Counted from the first letter of the stretch, positions 18,730-28,445 are shown. The stretch is DNA of 64,000 nucleotides from Candidatus Hecatella orcuttiae (GCA_002011035.2 MTLY02000003.1:480001-544000); one strand, 5' to 3'. Made by a program: numbers and translations. Notes: a model not told the origin generated them from the letters alone.

Positions 18730-19986
18730 TTGTTGAATAAAACCCTAGAAAAAACCCCCTCCCTTCACACCCTCTTGGCCGCCGGTATCCTAGCGGTTGT
18801 GCTCATCGTCGCCGCAGCAGTTTTGCCTTTGGCTTTCGCCGCCCCCACGGTTGCCACGGATAAGGACACCTACGAGCCGGGGGACAGCCTTTCGGTGAGC
18901 GGTACAGCTGCGGCCAACGCTTTGGTGTCTCTTCAGCTGTTCGACCCCGACGGGGTTCGGGTGGCCATAGCCCAAGCGGAGGCCGACGCCGCCGGCGCCT
19001 ACTCCGCCGCCAACATCTACACTTTCTCCGCCCAAGACCCCACAGGCACCTGGACGGTGAAAGCCTACGAAGGCGGCGCCTTCGCCACCGCCACCTTTAC
19101 CCTCCGAGGAGTGGTGGACACCACGCCTCCAAGCCTAACCCTCAACTTCACGCCCCTCAAGGCCGTCTACGGCAAAGCTGACACCTTCACCATCACCCTC
19201 ACCGCCGACGAACCCCTCCAATCCGCCGTCATCCACGTCAACCAGCAGGGAGCTCCCCTAGTCATCGACGGAAAATGGGCTGCCTCCGTGGAAGCCGCGG
19301 CCTCCCCAGAAGACCCCGCCCGCTGGAGCGGAAGCTACACCATCATGGAAGGCTACGACGGCCCGGCTCAAGTCCACGCCGTAGGCATAGACCTAGCCGG
19401 AAACAAGGGTGAAGCCACCGCCACCTTCCAAGTCGACACCGTCGCCCCCCAGCTGACCGTCACCGCGCCCTCCGCCACCACCGAGGCCACCGTCACCGTC
19501 ACCGGAACCGTCGACGACCCGGATATCACCGAGATAACCCTAACCTACGACGCTGCGGTTAAAACAGTCAGCGTGAGCGAGGGCTCCTGGAGCGCCACCA
19601 TCACCCTCCCAGCCGCGGGAAGCTACACCGTCCAAGCCACAGCCGTTGACGCTGCGGGCAACGTGGGCTCATCCCCCGCTGTCTCCATTGTCTACACTCC
19701 GCCCCCACCCCTAGAAGCCGAGGACATCATCGGCCCCATCCGCGCCGACATCTCCGATGTGAAAGGCGGCATCTCGGATGTGAAAGGCGGCATCTCAGAG
19801 GTTAAGGGCAGCATCTCCGAAGTCAGAGGCAGCATCTCCGAGCTGAGGGATGAAACCCGAGCCCTCAGCACAGCTGTCTCCAGTCTCACCGTCTACGTCA
19901 TGGTCGCCGTTGTGCTCTCCCTCGTCGCCGCAGTCGCCGCCATCATCTCCGTGGTAACCATCGCCCGCAAGGTCGTGCTCAAATAA
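18730..19986 (+). CDS. Surface stalk protein: shared N-terminal Ig domain, further Ig-like (Big) domains, coiled coil, TM
   Basis: Same N-terminal domain as 17917; DTTPP/DTVAP...D.AGN Ig motifs; ISDVKGG heptads; C-terminal TM followed by RKVVLK. Confidence 0.8.
   Translation: MLNKTLEKTPSLHTLLAAGILAVVLIVAAAVLPLAFAAPTVATDKDTYEPGDSLSVSGTAAANALVSLQLFDPDGVRVAIAQAEADAAGAYSAANIYTFSAQDPTGTWTVKAYEGGAFATATFTLRGVVDTTPPSLTLNFTPLKAVYGKADTFTITLTADEPLQSAVIHVNQQGAPLVIDGKWAASVEAAASPEDPARWSGSYTIMEGYDGPAQVHAVGIDLAGNKGEATATFQVDTVAPQLTVTAPSATTEATVTVTGTVDDPDITEITLTYDAAVKTVSVSEGSWSATITLPAAGSYTVQATAVDAAGNVGSSPAVSIVYTPPPPLEAEDIIGPIRADISDVKGGISDVKGGISEVKGSISEVRGSISELRDETRALSTAVSSLTVYVMVAVVLSLVAAVAAIISVVTIARKVVLK
18799..19077 (+). 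repeat. 279-bp direct repeat, copy 2
   Basis: Matches 17965-18243. Confidence 0.95.
19749..19842 (+). repeat. 21-bp tandem repeat (about 4.5 units) encoding coiled-coil heptads
   Basis: CATCTCnGAnGTnAAnGGCnG-like units encoding IS(D/E)V(K/R)G(G/S). Confidence 0.85.
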
Positions 19987-20110
19987 GGAGGAAAGACATT
20001 CCCAGCCCTAAATTCCTACATCAAGACTGTGAACAACCCTTTTTTTCAGACCACCGCTTCCAGCGGAAACCTTTTAGCCTTCCCCTTCAGATAACTAAAC
20101 TCAGATAGGT

Positions 20111-20686
20111 TTGAACAGGAAACTTCTAGCAGCCCGCGAAGACTTGGTTAAAAAGATAGCTCAGATAGCCAAAAGAAAAAACCTAACTCTCTTCGCCTTC
20201 ATCAACGAAACCTTGGAGCAGCTGCTGAAATCCGAAGAGAAAGGCGTCCCCCTGCCGCAGATAGTGGAAGAATACTTCATCCTCAAGACGGCGAAGGAAG
20301 CCGGCTTCAACCTAACGCCGGAAAGTCTTTTCCATGGGCTTCTGGAAAAAGTCTTCCAGAAGGACGATCGAGCCCTCCGCGAGGCTTGGAGGGACATGGG
20401 AGGTTGGTTTGGGAAATACTTCAAAACCCTTTACTCCAATCAAGACTCTCTAAAGCTCATCGAGAAAGTCATGAGGACCATTCTGTGGGAGGCCTCGGAT
20501 TTCTCCCTCACGAAGGACGGTGAGGAAGTTTACCTCCGATGCATAGGCTCCCGGTGTCCCGCCTCCCACACTCTGCTCCTCTCCGCTCTCCTATCCGGCT
20601 TCATGGAAGCCTTCGACTACACGCCAGTTCGGAAGGACTTGGCCCGGGGGATAATATCCTTGACCTTCGTGAAAAGGAGGGAGTAA
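20111..20686 (+). CDS. Hypothetical protein: RHH-like N-terminus plus V4R/HNOB-like C-terminus
   Basis: KLLAAREDLVKKIAQIAKRKNLTLFAFINETLEQ (strand-helix-helix); W.D.G.W.GKY and LLSGFMEAF.Y pattern. Confidence 0.55.
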   Translation: MNRKLLAAREDLVKKIAQIAKRKNLTLFAFINETLEQLLKSEEKGVPLPQIVEEYFILKTAKEAGFNLTPESLFHGLLEKVFQKDDRALREAWRDMGGWFGKYFKTLYSNQDSLKLIEKVMRTILWEASDFSLTKDGEEVYLRCIGSRCPASHTLLLSALLSGFMEAFDYTPVRKDLARGIISLTFVKRRE

Positions 20687-20726
20687 AACCACGACTGCGC
20701 CTAAAAAAGACAAAAAATTCATAGCT

Positions 20727-21308
20727 GTGAGAAGCGACCTCCTTCACAAGGTTATCGAAATATCCAACCGTCGAGGCACAACTGTCTACGGCTTCGTTAA
20801 CGAAATCTTCGAACAGGCTATCAAGGCTGATGAGCTTAACGCCACTCCAACCCAAGTGGTGGAATACTACAGCCTCATGGAGACCATGAAAAAGGCCGGC
20901 GCGGTGATCATCACCCTCGACATCCTAAACCATTGTATTGAGAAGCTTTCCCGCATAGACAAAGACCTGAGCAAGAAATGGTACACATCGGGTTTATGGT
21001 ATGGAAAATACCTCTCAGCCAAATTTCAAGACCCCTTGGAAACCTTGAAAAAAATATTGACCACCTGCTTCTGGGAGATCACGGAGGTGGAGCTGATCCA
21101 GAAAGACGAGGAAAACCTCACCCTGCGAGTGTTAGCTCCCAACCACACGGAGGTTCACACAGAGCTACTCCTGAGATTCGTCGAAGGAATTGTGAACTCC
21201 CTAGACTACAAGGTTCAAAGGGAAGAACACTGGAAAGGCATCATCCTCTTAGACCTTCAGAAAAGAATCATGCCCGCGGACATGGAATTAGAGATCGAAA
21301 CCATATAA
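20727..21308 (+). CDS. Paralog of the preceding RHH/V4R-like protein
   Basis: RSDLLHKVIEISNRRGTTVYGFVNEIFEQ; WYTSGLWYGKY; FVEGIVNSLDY...KGII aligns by eye with the 20111 protein. Confidence 0.55.
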   Translation: MRSDLLHKVIEISNRRGTTVYGFVNEIFEQAIKADELNATPTQVVEYYSLMETMKKAGAVIITLDILNHCIEKLSRIDKDLSKKWYTSGLWYGKYLSAKFQDPLETLKKILTTCFWEITEVELIQKDEENLTLRVLAPNHTEVHTELLLRFVEGIVNSLDYKVQREEHWKGIILLDLQKRIMPADMELEIETI

Positions 21309-21566
21309 CCCCTGCCGACGCCGGGGAATCCGCCCTTCAAAGGCCAACTTTATATATTCAGAGTCACGGAAAACGCTGATCGAAATGTACTTAAACTTCA
21401 AACCTCGCCGCAAAATAGACAGGAGTTGAGTTTTTCTTGTAAAAGCCCCTCTTCAACACGGCTTTTTTTAAGCATTTCATTTCTACAAGGTTAATACTTT
21501 TTGGAGTTACCCTATTTAAGGTACTACGCTGGATTGAGTGCTCTATCTAAAGGTGAGCCGGGAAAA

Positions 21567-22214
21567 ATGTTCAAAAATTGGAGTAAACCAGAAGGCGGGT
21601 CGGTGTTCCGGCGGTTTGAAGAAAAGATTCACAAGGGTCCACCGCTCAAGGAAAAAATAGCGCAAACCATTTTCAGGCTTAAACTTCAGCAAAGAAAACT
21701 GGAAGAAGCCGCATCCAAGCTTCAGCGCCATGACCGTGAATTGTTCGAAAAATGCGTTGCCGCCGAGCTGGCCAAGGATGATGCCAGAGCCGCCATCTAC
21801 GCCAACGAATGCGCCGAAGTGAGAAAAATGGCGAAGATAATCCTCCTCAGCCAGTTAGCCTTAGAGCAGGTAAGCCTGAGGCTGGAAACTGTCGAGGAAT
21901 TTGGAGACGTCCTAACCCAGATGGCCCCGGTGAGCGATGTGGTCCACAGCCTCAAAGGACGTTTAGCTGGAGTGATCCCCGAGGTCTCCTACGAACTCGG
22001 CTCCATCGGCGAGATGCTCAACGGGATGATGGTTGAGGCTGGAGCTGCCTCCAACGTTTCATGGACACCTGAAGCAGCTGGAGAAGAGTCAAAAGCCATC
22101 CTCAACCAAGCGTCTCTTGTGGCTGAAGAGAGGATGAAGGAGAAATTCCCCGACCTCCCCGCCGTCGCTACTGCTCAACGTGAAGCCACAGAAGGAGAAA
22201 AGCCCCTCCGTTAA
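21567..22214 (+). CDS. ESCRT-III / Snf7 protein (CdvB1/2-like)
   Basis: D.ARA.IYANECAEVRKMAK, LEQVSLRLETV, IPEV, KFPDLP; ATG 21567 preceded by AGGTGA (ORF track start 21501). Confidence 0.92.
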   Translation: MFKNWSKPEGGSVFRRFEEKIHKGPPLKEKIAQTIFRLKLQQRKLEEAASKLQRHDRELFEKCVAAELAKDDARAAIYANECAEVRKMAKIILLSQLALEQVSLRLETVEEFGDVLTQMAPVSDVVHSLKGRLAGVIPEVSYELGSIGEMLNGMMVEAGAASNVSWTPEAAGEESKAILNQASLVAEERMKEKFPDLPAVATAQREATEGEKPLR

Positions 22215-22282
22215 GGTGTTCGACTTCCCGCAAGCAGAAATGGGTGAACCGTAGAAGAGTGAAGATGAGGGATTCTCTCTAA

Positions 22283-23167
22283 ATGTCCTTCCTTCGAAAG
22301 GTCCTCCCTTCCCTAAAGGCGGCGAAAGAAATGCACTTCACTAGAACACCTCTTAAAGAGAAGATCGCCCAAGCAGTCTACAGGCTGGAAACTCAGCTGA
22401 GCCGCTTAGAGCAGACCTCGGCGAAGCTTCAGCAAAGAGACCGGGAAATGTTCGAGAGATGCATAGGCGCCAAGGCCAACAACGACACAGCCCACGCGGT
22501 GATCTACGCCAATGAATGTGTGGAAATCAGAAACATGGCTAAAATCGTTCTAAGCAGCCAGCTGGCCCTCGAGAAGGTTATCCTCAGACTTCAAACCATC
22601 GAGGAAGTAGGCGACGTCATGGTTCACATGGCCCCGGTGCTGAGCATCGTAAAGGAAACCCGGGGAAACCTGAAGGGAGTGATCCCCGAGGTCTCCCAAG
22701 AGCTTGATGAAATCAACATCTTCCTCAACAACACCTTCTTAGAGGTGGGGACCACCCCGGAGCACATGGCCAATTTAGAGGCTTCCTCCTCCGAAGCCAA
22801 GAAAGTCCTTGAAGAAGCAGCAACCATAGCCGAGCGGAAGGTGAAAGAAGAATACCCCAAGCTCCCCGAACCTCCCCTCACAGCCCCAGAACCCCCAAGC
22901 CCTGAAGCTGAAGCCCTAACCGTCGGAGGTTCTCCGGAGCCAGCACCCTTCGAGGAAGAGAAACCGGTGGAGGCAGCTGAGCCTCCTACCCCCATCCAGG
23001 AAGTTCCCTTCGAACAGTTGAAAGAGCAAGTGTACGACTTCATAAGAGAATGCGGTGGAGAATTGAATCTAAGCCAGTGCGCTCAGGCTCTCAACGCTGA
23101 CATGGAATCTGTTCAGAAAGCCCTGGCTAAACTTGAGGAAGAGGGCCGAATTCGAGTTCAAACCTAG
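22283..23167 (+). CDS. cdvB: ESCRT-III CdvB with Pro-rich linker and C-terminal winged helix
   Basis: Snf7 core IYANECVEIR; YPKLPEPP MIM2-like motif; VYDFIRECGGELNLSQCAQAL...LEEEGRI wHTH. Confidence 0.9.
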   Translation: MSFLRKVLPSLKAAKEMHFTRTPLKEKIAQAVYRLETQLSRLEQTSAKLQQRDREMFERCIGAKANNDTAHAVIYANECVEIRNMAKIVLSSQLALEKVILRLQTIEEVGDVMVHMAPVLSIVKETRGNLKGVIPEVSQELDEINIFLNNTFLEVGTTPEHMANLEASSSEAKKVLEEAATIAERKVKEEYPKLPEPPLTAPEPPSPEAEALTVGGSPEPAPFEEEKPVEAAEPPTPIQEVPFEQLKEQVYDFIRECGGELNLSQCAQALNADMESVQKALAKLEEEGRIRVQT

Positions 23168-23196
23168 GCTGAAGCCTAGCGGGGGAACTGTTAGCG

Positions 23197-24333
23197 ATGA
23201 GCGCCCTCGAAGAACTGGAGCGCTACGCGGTTAAACATGCGTCTGAAGCCGTGCGGATGGACAGCCAAGGCGCCCGGGGAATGGCTGCCTCCGAGTATCA
23301 GCATGCCGTAGAAATTCTCCTTAAACTCTGCTCCCTCTACCCTAACGTTCCCCAGAACAGAATTTACATGAGCCGCATAGAAGCCTACAGGAAGAGGATC
23401 AAGGAGCTTCAAAAAGAGGGAGGGCAAGAGGAAAAAGCTGCGGAAGCCACAGCGGCAACCGGCCGCGTCGACTGTAAACTGAAGGAGAAACCTCGAGTTA
23501 AATGGGAGGACATTGCAAACCTAGAAAACGCCAAAAGAGCAATCCTCGAGGCTGTGGTCTACCCTGTTAAGAGGCCGGATTTGTTTCCCCTAGGCTGGCC
23601 TAAAGGCATCCTGCTCTTCGGGCCTCCTGGCTGCGGTAAAACCCTCATAGCCGCTGCCACGGCCAACGAAATCGACGCCAACTTTTACTGTGTGGACGCA
23701 GCGGCGATAATGTCCAAGTGGCTGGGGGAGTCGGAGAGAAACGTGGCTAAAATTTTTGAGGAAGCCAGAAGTTCATCCGCAAAGGGGAAGCCTTCTATCA
23801 TTTTCGTCGACGAGATAGACTCCCTCATGGCCTACCGTTCAGAGGAAGTAGGCGGAGAGGCTAGGGCGCGAAACCAGTTCCTCAAAGAAATGGACGGAAT
23901 CCTCGACAAAAACCGAAACCTCTACGTCTACGTTTTCGGAGCCACCAACAAGCCTTGGGCTTTAGACGAGCCTTTTGTGAGGCGTTTCCAGAAGAGGATT
24001 TTCGTCCCCCTCCCAGACCATCATGCCCGCTTGGAAATGATCAAAATCTACGCTAGGGAGCTAAACCTAGCCCCGGAAGTTGACGTGGAGGACTTGGCTA
24101 AAAGAATGGATGGCTTCAGCGGAAGCGACATCCGAGATCTCCTCCAATCAGCTCAGATAAAAGTGGTCAGAGAGTTCTTCGAAAACAACGGCTCCGCCTC
24201 CAACCCCCAAGCCAAGCCCAGAGCCATAACTTGGCATGATCTCCAAGAGGTTCTCTCAGAGCGAAAAACCAGCGTATCCCAAAACCTCCTCAAAGCCTAC
24301 AGAGAATGGGACTCCGCTTTCAAAGCCCTCTAG
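23197..24333 (+). CDS. cdvC: Vps4/CdvC AAA+ ATPase
   Basis: N-terminal MIT domain, RPDLFPLGWPKGILLFGPPGCGKT, SKWLGESE, FVDEID, RRFQKR. Confidence 0.95.
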   Translation: MSALEELERYAVKHASEAVRMDSQGARGMAASEYQHAVEILLKLCSLYPNVPQNRIYMSRIEAYRKRIKELQKEGGQEEKAAEATAATGRVDCKLKEKPRVKWEDIANLENAKRAILEAVVYPVKRPDLFPLGWPKGILLFGPPGCGKTLIAAATANEIDANFYCVDAAAIMSKWLGESERNVAKIFEEARSSSAKGKPSIIFVDEIDSLMAYRSEEVGGEARARNQFLKEMDGILDKNRNLYVYVFGATNKPWALDEPFVRRFQKRIFVPLPDHHARLEMIKIYARELNLAPEVDVEDLAKRMDGFSGSDIRDLLQSAQIKVVREFFENNGSASNPQAKPRAITWHDLQEVLSERKTSVSQNLLKAYREWDSAFKAL

Positions 24334-24489
24334 CCGGTTTTGCCGAGCCTTTCTTTCTAACTTTTTCAGCCGGAAAGCTTAAGTCACACGTTTCAGGTAG
24401 AGGGCTATTTGCATGAAGATAAGCGGAAAAACTAAATACGTATTGCCCCTCTTTTGAATAATCAAATAAAGGAGGAGTGTAGCTAAAAA

Positions 24490-26079
24490 ATGTCTGAAGG
24501 GCATGCGGACATCATCGTCATCGGAGCTGGACACAACGGGCTGATAGTGGCAGGTTATCTTCTGAAGGCCGGTTTCAGCGTCCTTGTAGTTGAGAAAAAT
24601 CCTTGGATCGGCGGCGCGACCAGCTGCCGGGAGGTCAACGGGTTCAAACTAGACTGGGCTTCCACCAACCACATCGACATTCAACCCAACCCTCTGCTGG
24701 TGGACGATGAGTTGCAGCTGAAGGCCAAATACGGGTTGAAGTACATCATCCCCGAAGTTCAGATGGCTGGGCCCTATCCAGATGGGACAAGCATGATCAT
24801 CTACAGGGATGTGGAGAAAACCGTCAAACAGGTGGCGAAGCTCTCCAAAAAGGACGCTCAAGCCTACCGCAGGTTCGCCCAGTGGGGTATCCAGTGTTTA
24901 GAAACCATCCTGCCCGGCATGTACAATCCTCCCCCCACCTTGGGAGCTATCGTTTCAGAGCTGGAGCAAAGCCCTGACGGGCAAGAGCTGCTGAGGGCTA
25001 TGATGATGAGCTTCGGAGACATCGTTGACGAATGGTTTGAAGACGACCGGGTGAAGGCTTTGCTTCTCCACTACGCTTCCGAGCTGCTGCTTCCCCCGTG
25101 GGAAAACGGAACAGGCTCAGTTCTCTTCATCATGATCCCTATCATGCACGTGTACGGGATGGGCTGCCCTGTAGGCGGCTCAGGCGCCCTGGCTGAAGCC
25201 TTGGGCAGATGCGTGGAGGCTTATGGAGGGAAAATCCTGACCAACAGCCCTGTTGAAAAAGTGATCGTGGAAAACGGGGAAGCCCGAGGTGTAATCTTGG
25301 AAAACGGCCGGCGGCTTCGAGCCGAGAAAGCGGTGGTGGCATGTCTTCACCCTAAGCCCCTGTTCCTCAACATGGTGGGTGAGGAGCATCTCGAACCCGG
25401 CTTCGTCCGGAGGGTTAAACGGGTTAAGCAGTCTGCCTTCTCAGGCATCAACACCACCTACATGCTGAACGAGGCTCCCCGCTTCAAGGTTGAAGAAGTC
25501 AACGAAGGAGCCAACTGGGAAATATCCTGGTCCCTAGAAGATATGATGGAACTCTTCCAAGACGTAGTCTTCCGGAGGGTGCCCCCCGAGAAACCATGCC
25601 CCAACGTGGTCTGCTGGTCGAAGCTGGACCCCTCCCGGGCTCCTCCAGGGAAGCATTCCCTCTACGCCATCAGCTACGCGCCCTACAACCTCAGAGACGG
25701 AGGGCCCTCCCAGTGGAAGGAAATAAAGGAGGAAGTAGCGGACAGCGTACTGGAATCCATAAGGGAGCATACCACCAACATGGGCTCCGGAAACATCCTC
25801 GGAAGACTCATAACAACTCCTGTGGACGTGGAGGAAGTCATCTCCAGCAACAACCTTCTCCACGGAGACCTCACAGGCGTGCGGGCGACGCTAGAACAGA
25901 CCTTCATGTTCCGACCTCTCATCAGCCTAGGGAACTACCGGACGCCTGTGGGGAAACTCTACCTAACTGGTGAGTGCACCCATCCCGGCGCTGGTGTGGC
26001 CGGCGGAGGCAGAGCTACCGCTCAAGTTATCCTGCAGGATTTCGGAATAAAATTTGACGATGTCCTGCGAAAGTCTTAG
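24490..26079 (+). CDS. Phytoene dehydrogenase-like FAD oxidoreductase (COG1233/PYROXD2-like)
   Basis: IGAGHNGL, GG...E, PVGGSG.L, D.SRAP.GKH, YRTPV.KLYL.G..THPGAGV. Confidence 0.88.
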   Translation: MSEGHADIIVIGAGHNGLIVAGYLLKAGFSVLVVEKNPWIGGATSCREVNGFKLDWASTNHIDIQPNPLLVDDELQLKAKYGLKYIIPEVQMAGPYPDGTSMIIYRDVEKTVKQVAKLSKKDAQAYRRFAQWGIQCLETILPGMYNPPPTLGAIVSELEQSPDGQELLRAMMMSFGDIVDEWFEDDRVKALLLHYASELLLPPWENGTGSVLFIMIPIMHVYGMGCPVGGSGALAEALGRCVEAYGGKILTNSPVEKVIVENGEARGVILENGRRLRAEKAVVACLHPKPLFLNMVGEEHLEPGFVRRVKRVKQSAFSGINTTYMLNEAPRFKVEEVNEGANWEISWSLEDMMELFQDVVFRRVPPEKPCPNVVCWSKLDPSRAPPGKHSLYAISYAPYNLRDGGPSQWKEIKEEVADSVLESIREHTTNMGSGNILGRLITTPVDVEEVISSNNLLHGDLTGVRATLEQTFMFRPLISLGNYRTPVGKLYLTGECTHPGAGVAGGGRATAQVILQDFGIKFDDVLRKS

Positions 26080-26109
26080 CCTCGTAACCTAGAAGGTGCA
26101 CTGTGCCCT

Positions 26110-26538
26110 ATGCCGGAGGCTGAAGCGACCTTCACCATCAAGGCGCCGCTGGACCGGGTTTGGAGTTTTCTAGTGGACCCTAGGAGGTTAGGGTCCTGTT
26201 TCCCAGATGTTCAGGAGGTCAGGGTTTTGGATGAAAAGACGGCTGAATGGGTGCTGAAGGTGAAGCTTGGGTTCATCCGAAAGACCATCAAAATGAAGTC
26301 TACAGTCACGGACTTTGTCCCCCAGAAACGTGTGACGTTTCAGGGCGTTGCTGAGGAAGCGGAGCTCTCTGGGACTATGAACCTCGAGTCCGGCCCCGGG
26401 GAGGTAAAGATACATTATAAAATACTCATGGAAGGCAGAGGGCCTCTCGCCCCTCTGATGAACGACTTGATAAGGAGGAGGATAAGCAAACAAAGCCAAG
26501 AATTCATAGAAATTCTCCAAAAAAAGCTGGAAGTCTAG
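26110..26538 (+). CDS. SRPBCC/CoxG-family ligand-binding protein
   Basis: APLDRVWSFL.DP...SC.P signature. Confidence 0.85.
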   Translation: MPEAEATFTIKAPLDRVWSFLVDPRRLGSCFPDVQEVRVLDEKTAEWVLKVKLGFIRKTIKMKSTVTDFVPQKRVTFQGVAEEAELSGTMNLESGPGEVKIHYKILMEGRGPLAPLMNDLIRRRISKQSQEFIEILQKKLEV

Positions 26539-26696
26539 TTTTCTTCAAGTTTAAAGCAGGAAATAAGGCTGGGACCAAAAAAATTTTAACCTTAAAATCC
26601 TTTTTTAGAACGACTTCTGAAAAGTGCACATTAGAGGCTCAGAAGATAGGCGTAAAGATCTAAAAAGGTAGTTGCCAGCAGAGGGCGACGGGGAAC

Positions 26697-28445
26697 ATGA
26701 TCGGCCGGTTGAGAGAGAGGTTCCATATACCCGCCCACGTAGAAAGGCTTGGAGTCCTAGACGTCCTCGGCATCGTAGCCGGCTTGGCAGGCGGATTGGG
26801 AGCGGTTTTTTTCCGATACATGATAGGGTTCACCCACTGGGCGTTCTTCGACCTTCTGCTTCCTCTCATCTCCTTCAGGGTGAACGGCTTTAACCTTGGA
26901 ATAATTCTTCTTCCCGCCATCGGAGGCCTGATAGTCGGGCCGATTGTTTTCACGTTCGCATCCGAAACTAAAGGCCACGGAGTGCCAGAGGTGATGGAGG
27001 CCATCCACCTCAGAGGTGGGAGAATAAGAAAGAGGGTGGCCGCTGTGAAGATAATCGCCTCCTCCATCACCATCGGCTCCGGGGGCAGCGCAGGCAGAGA
27101 AGGCCCCATAGCCCAGATTGGCGCCGCCCTCGGCTCCTTTCTGGGGCACTTCTTCCATCTGAAGGAGAGCGATGTTAAGCTCCTCGTCATCTGCGGCCTT
27201 TCAGCGGGCATCGCAGGCACTTTTAACGCACCCTTAGGCGGGGCGTTATTCGGTATGGAGGTTCTCTACCGTGAATTCCGCCCTTTGGACGCTGTGCCCA
27301 TAATTCTAGCCTCGGTTGTTGGAGCGGCTGTCGCAAGCATATTCTTTGGCTTAAACCCGGCTTTCCAAATTCCGCCTCTCCCCTTCACGAATCCGGCGGA
27401 GTTATTCTTCTACTTTCTGCTGGGACTGTTCTTCGGGCTGATGGCGGTGCTTTGGGTTAAGATTTTCTACGCCGTGGAAGACCTTTTCAACAGCCTTAAG
27501 CTTCAGCCAAGGCTTAAACTCGCCGTCGGCGGGCTTCTAACCGGAGGCATTGGAATGTTGTTCCCCACCTACGGAATAATGGGCGTGGGATATGAAGGCA
27601 TAGACTTGGCGCTTGTAGGGACTTTCCCCTTGGTCTTACTGCTGGTGCTGGGGTTCTTGAAACTTTTCGCAACCTCCTTCACCATCGGCTCAGGGGGCAG
27701 CGGAGGCATCTTCGCTCCGTCGCTGTTTATTGGCGCCATGTTAGGCGGCTTCCTAGGCCTTGTGTTTCACGGCATCTCCCCGGAGATCATCCAATACCCT
27801 TACGCTTTCTCCCTCGCAGGAATGGGCGCTCTTTTCGCCGGCGCAGCCCGAGCGCCTTTAACCTGCATGATCATGATTCCTGAAATGACGAACGACTGGA
27901 GTTTACTTCCCCCACTCATGCTTTCCACCGTCACCAGCTTCCTCATCTCCTCCTTCCTTCTCCGAGGCTCCTCCATCTACACTCTCAAACTGGAGAGAAG
28001 AGGAGTGCGGCTGAGGGAAAGAAGGAGGATAGACACTTTGGACCTGATAAAGGTAGGGGAAGTCATGGAAACCAAACTAGTCACTGTTCCCCCTGACATT
28101 ACAGTTTCCCAGTTTATGGAGGTCCTCAGAAAACACCGCCACATGGGCTACCCAGTGGTGGACAAAGGCCGGCTGATCGGAATGATGACCTTCGACGACG
28201 TCTTGAAGATACCCCGCGACATGAGGGACAAAGTAACTGTGCTGCAGGCGGCAAACCAGAAGCTGGCGGTTACATACCCGGATGAAACCGTGCACAGAGC
28301 TCTGGACAAAATGTATGAGCGAGGGGTCGATAGGCTGGCTGTTGTGGACAGAGAGCATCCGGAAAAACTGCTGGGCATTATAACTGACCGCGACGTCATC
28401 CACGCCCATCACATCGTAACCGAGAGAAGTTCTGAACTCGAGTAA
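26697..28445 (+). CDS. CLC chloride channel/antiporter with CBS pair
   Basis: GHGVPE, GREGP, FNAP, GGIFAP, GY; C-terminal CBS domains. Confidence 0.95.
   Translation: MIGRLRERFHIPAHVERLGVLDVLGIVAGLAGGLGAVFFRYMIGFTHWAFFDLLLPLISFRVNGFNLGIILLPAIGGLIVGPIVFTFASETKGHGVPEVMEAIHLRGGRIRKRVAAVKIIASSITIGSGGSAGREGPIAQIGAALGSFLGHFFHLKESDVKLLVICGLSAGIAGTFNAPLGGALFGMEVLYREFRPLDAVPIILASVVGAAVASIFFGLNPAFQIPPLPFTNPAELFFYFLLGLFFGLMAVLWVKIFYAVEDLFNSLKLQPRLKLAVGGLLTGGIGMLFPTYGIMGVGYEGIDLALVGTFPLVLLLVLGFLKLFATSFTIGSGGSGGIFAPSLFIGAMLGGFLGLVFHGISPEIIQYPYAFSLAGMGALFAGAARAPLTCMIMIPEMTNDWSLLPPLMLSTVTSFLISSFLLRGSSIYTLKLERRGVRLRERRRIDTLDLIKVGEVMETKLVTVPPDITVSQFMEVLRKHRHMGYPVVDKGRLIGMMTFDDVLKIPRDMRDKVTVLQAANQKLAVTYPDETVHRALDKMYERGVDRLAVVDREHPEKLLGIITDRDVIHAHHIVTERSSELE

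Noticed and set aside
17965-19077. 279-bp direct repeat as mobile-element ends or a DGR template/variable pair
   Set aside because: No transposase or reverse transcriptase, no adenine-specific mismatches, and both copies are coding
19749-19842. 21-bp repeats as a possible CRISPR array
   Set aside because: Units are contiguous with no spacers, in frame, and encode coiled-coil heptads; no cas genes nearby
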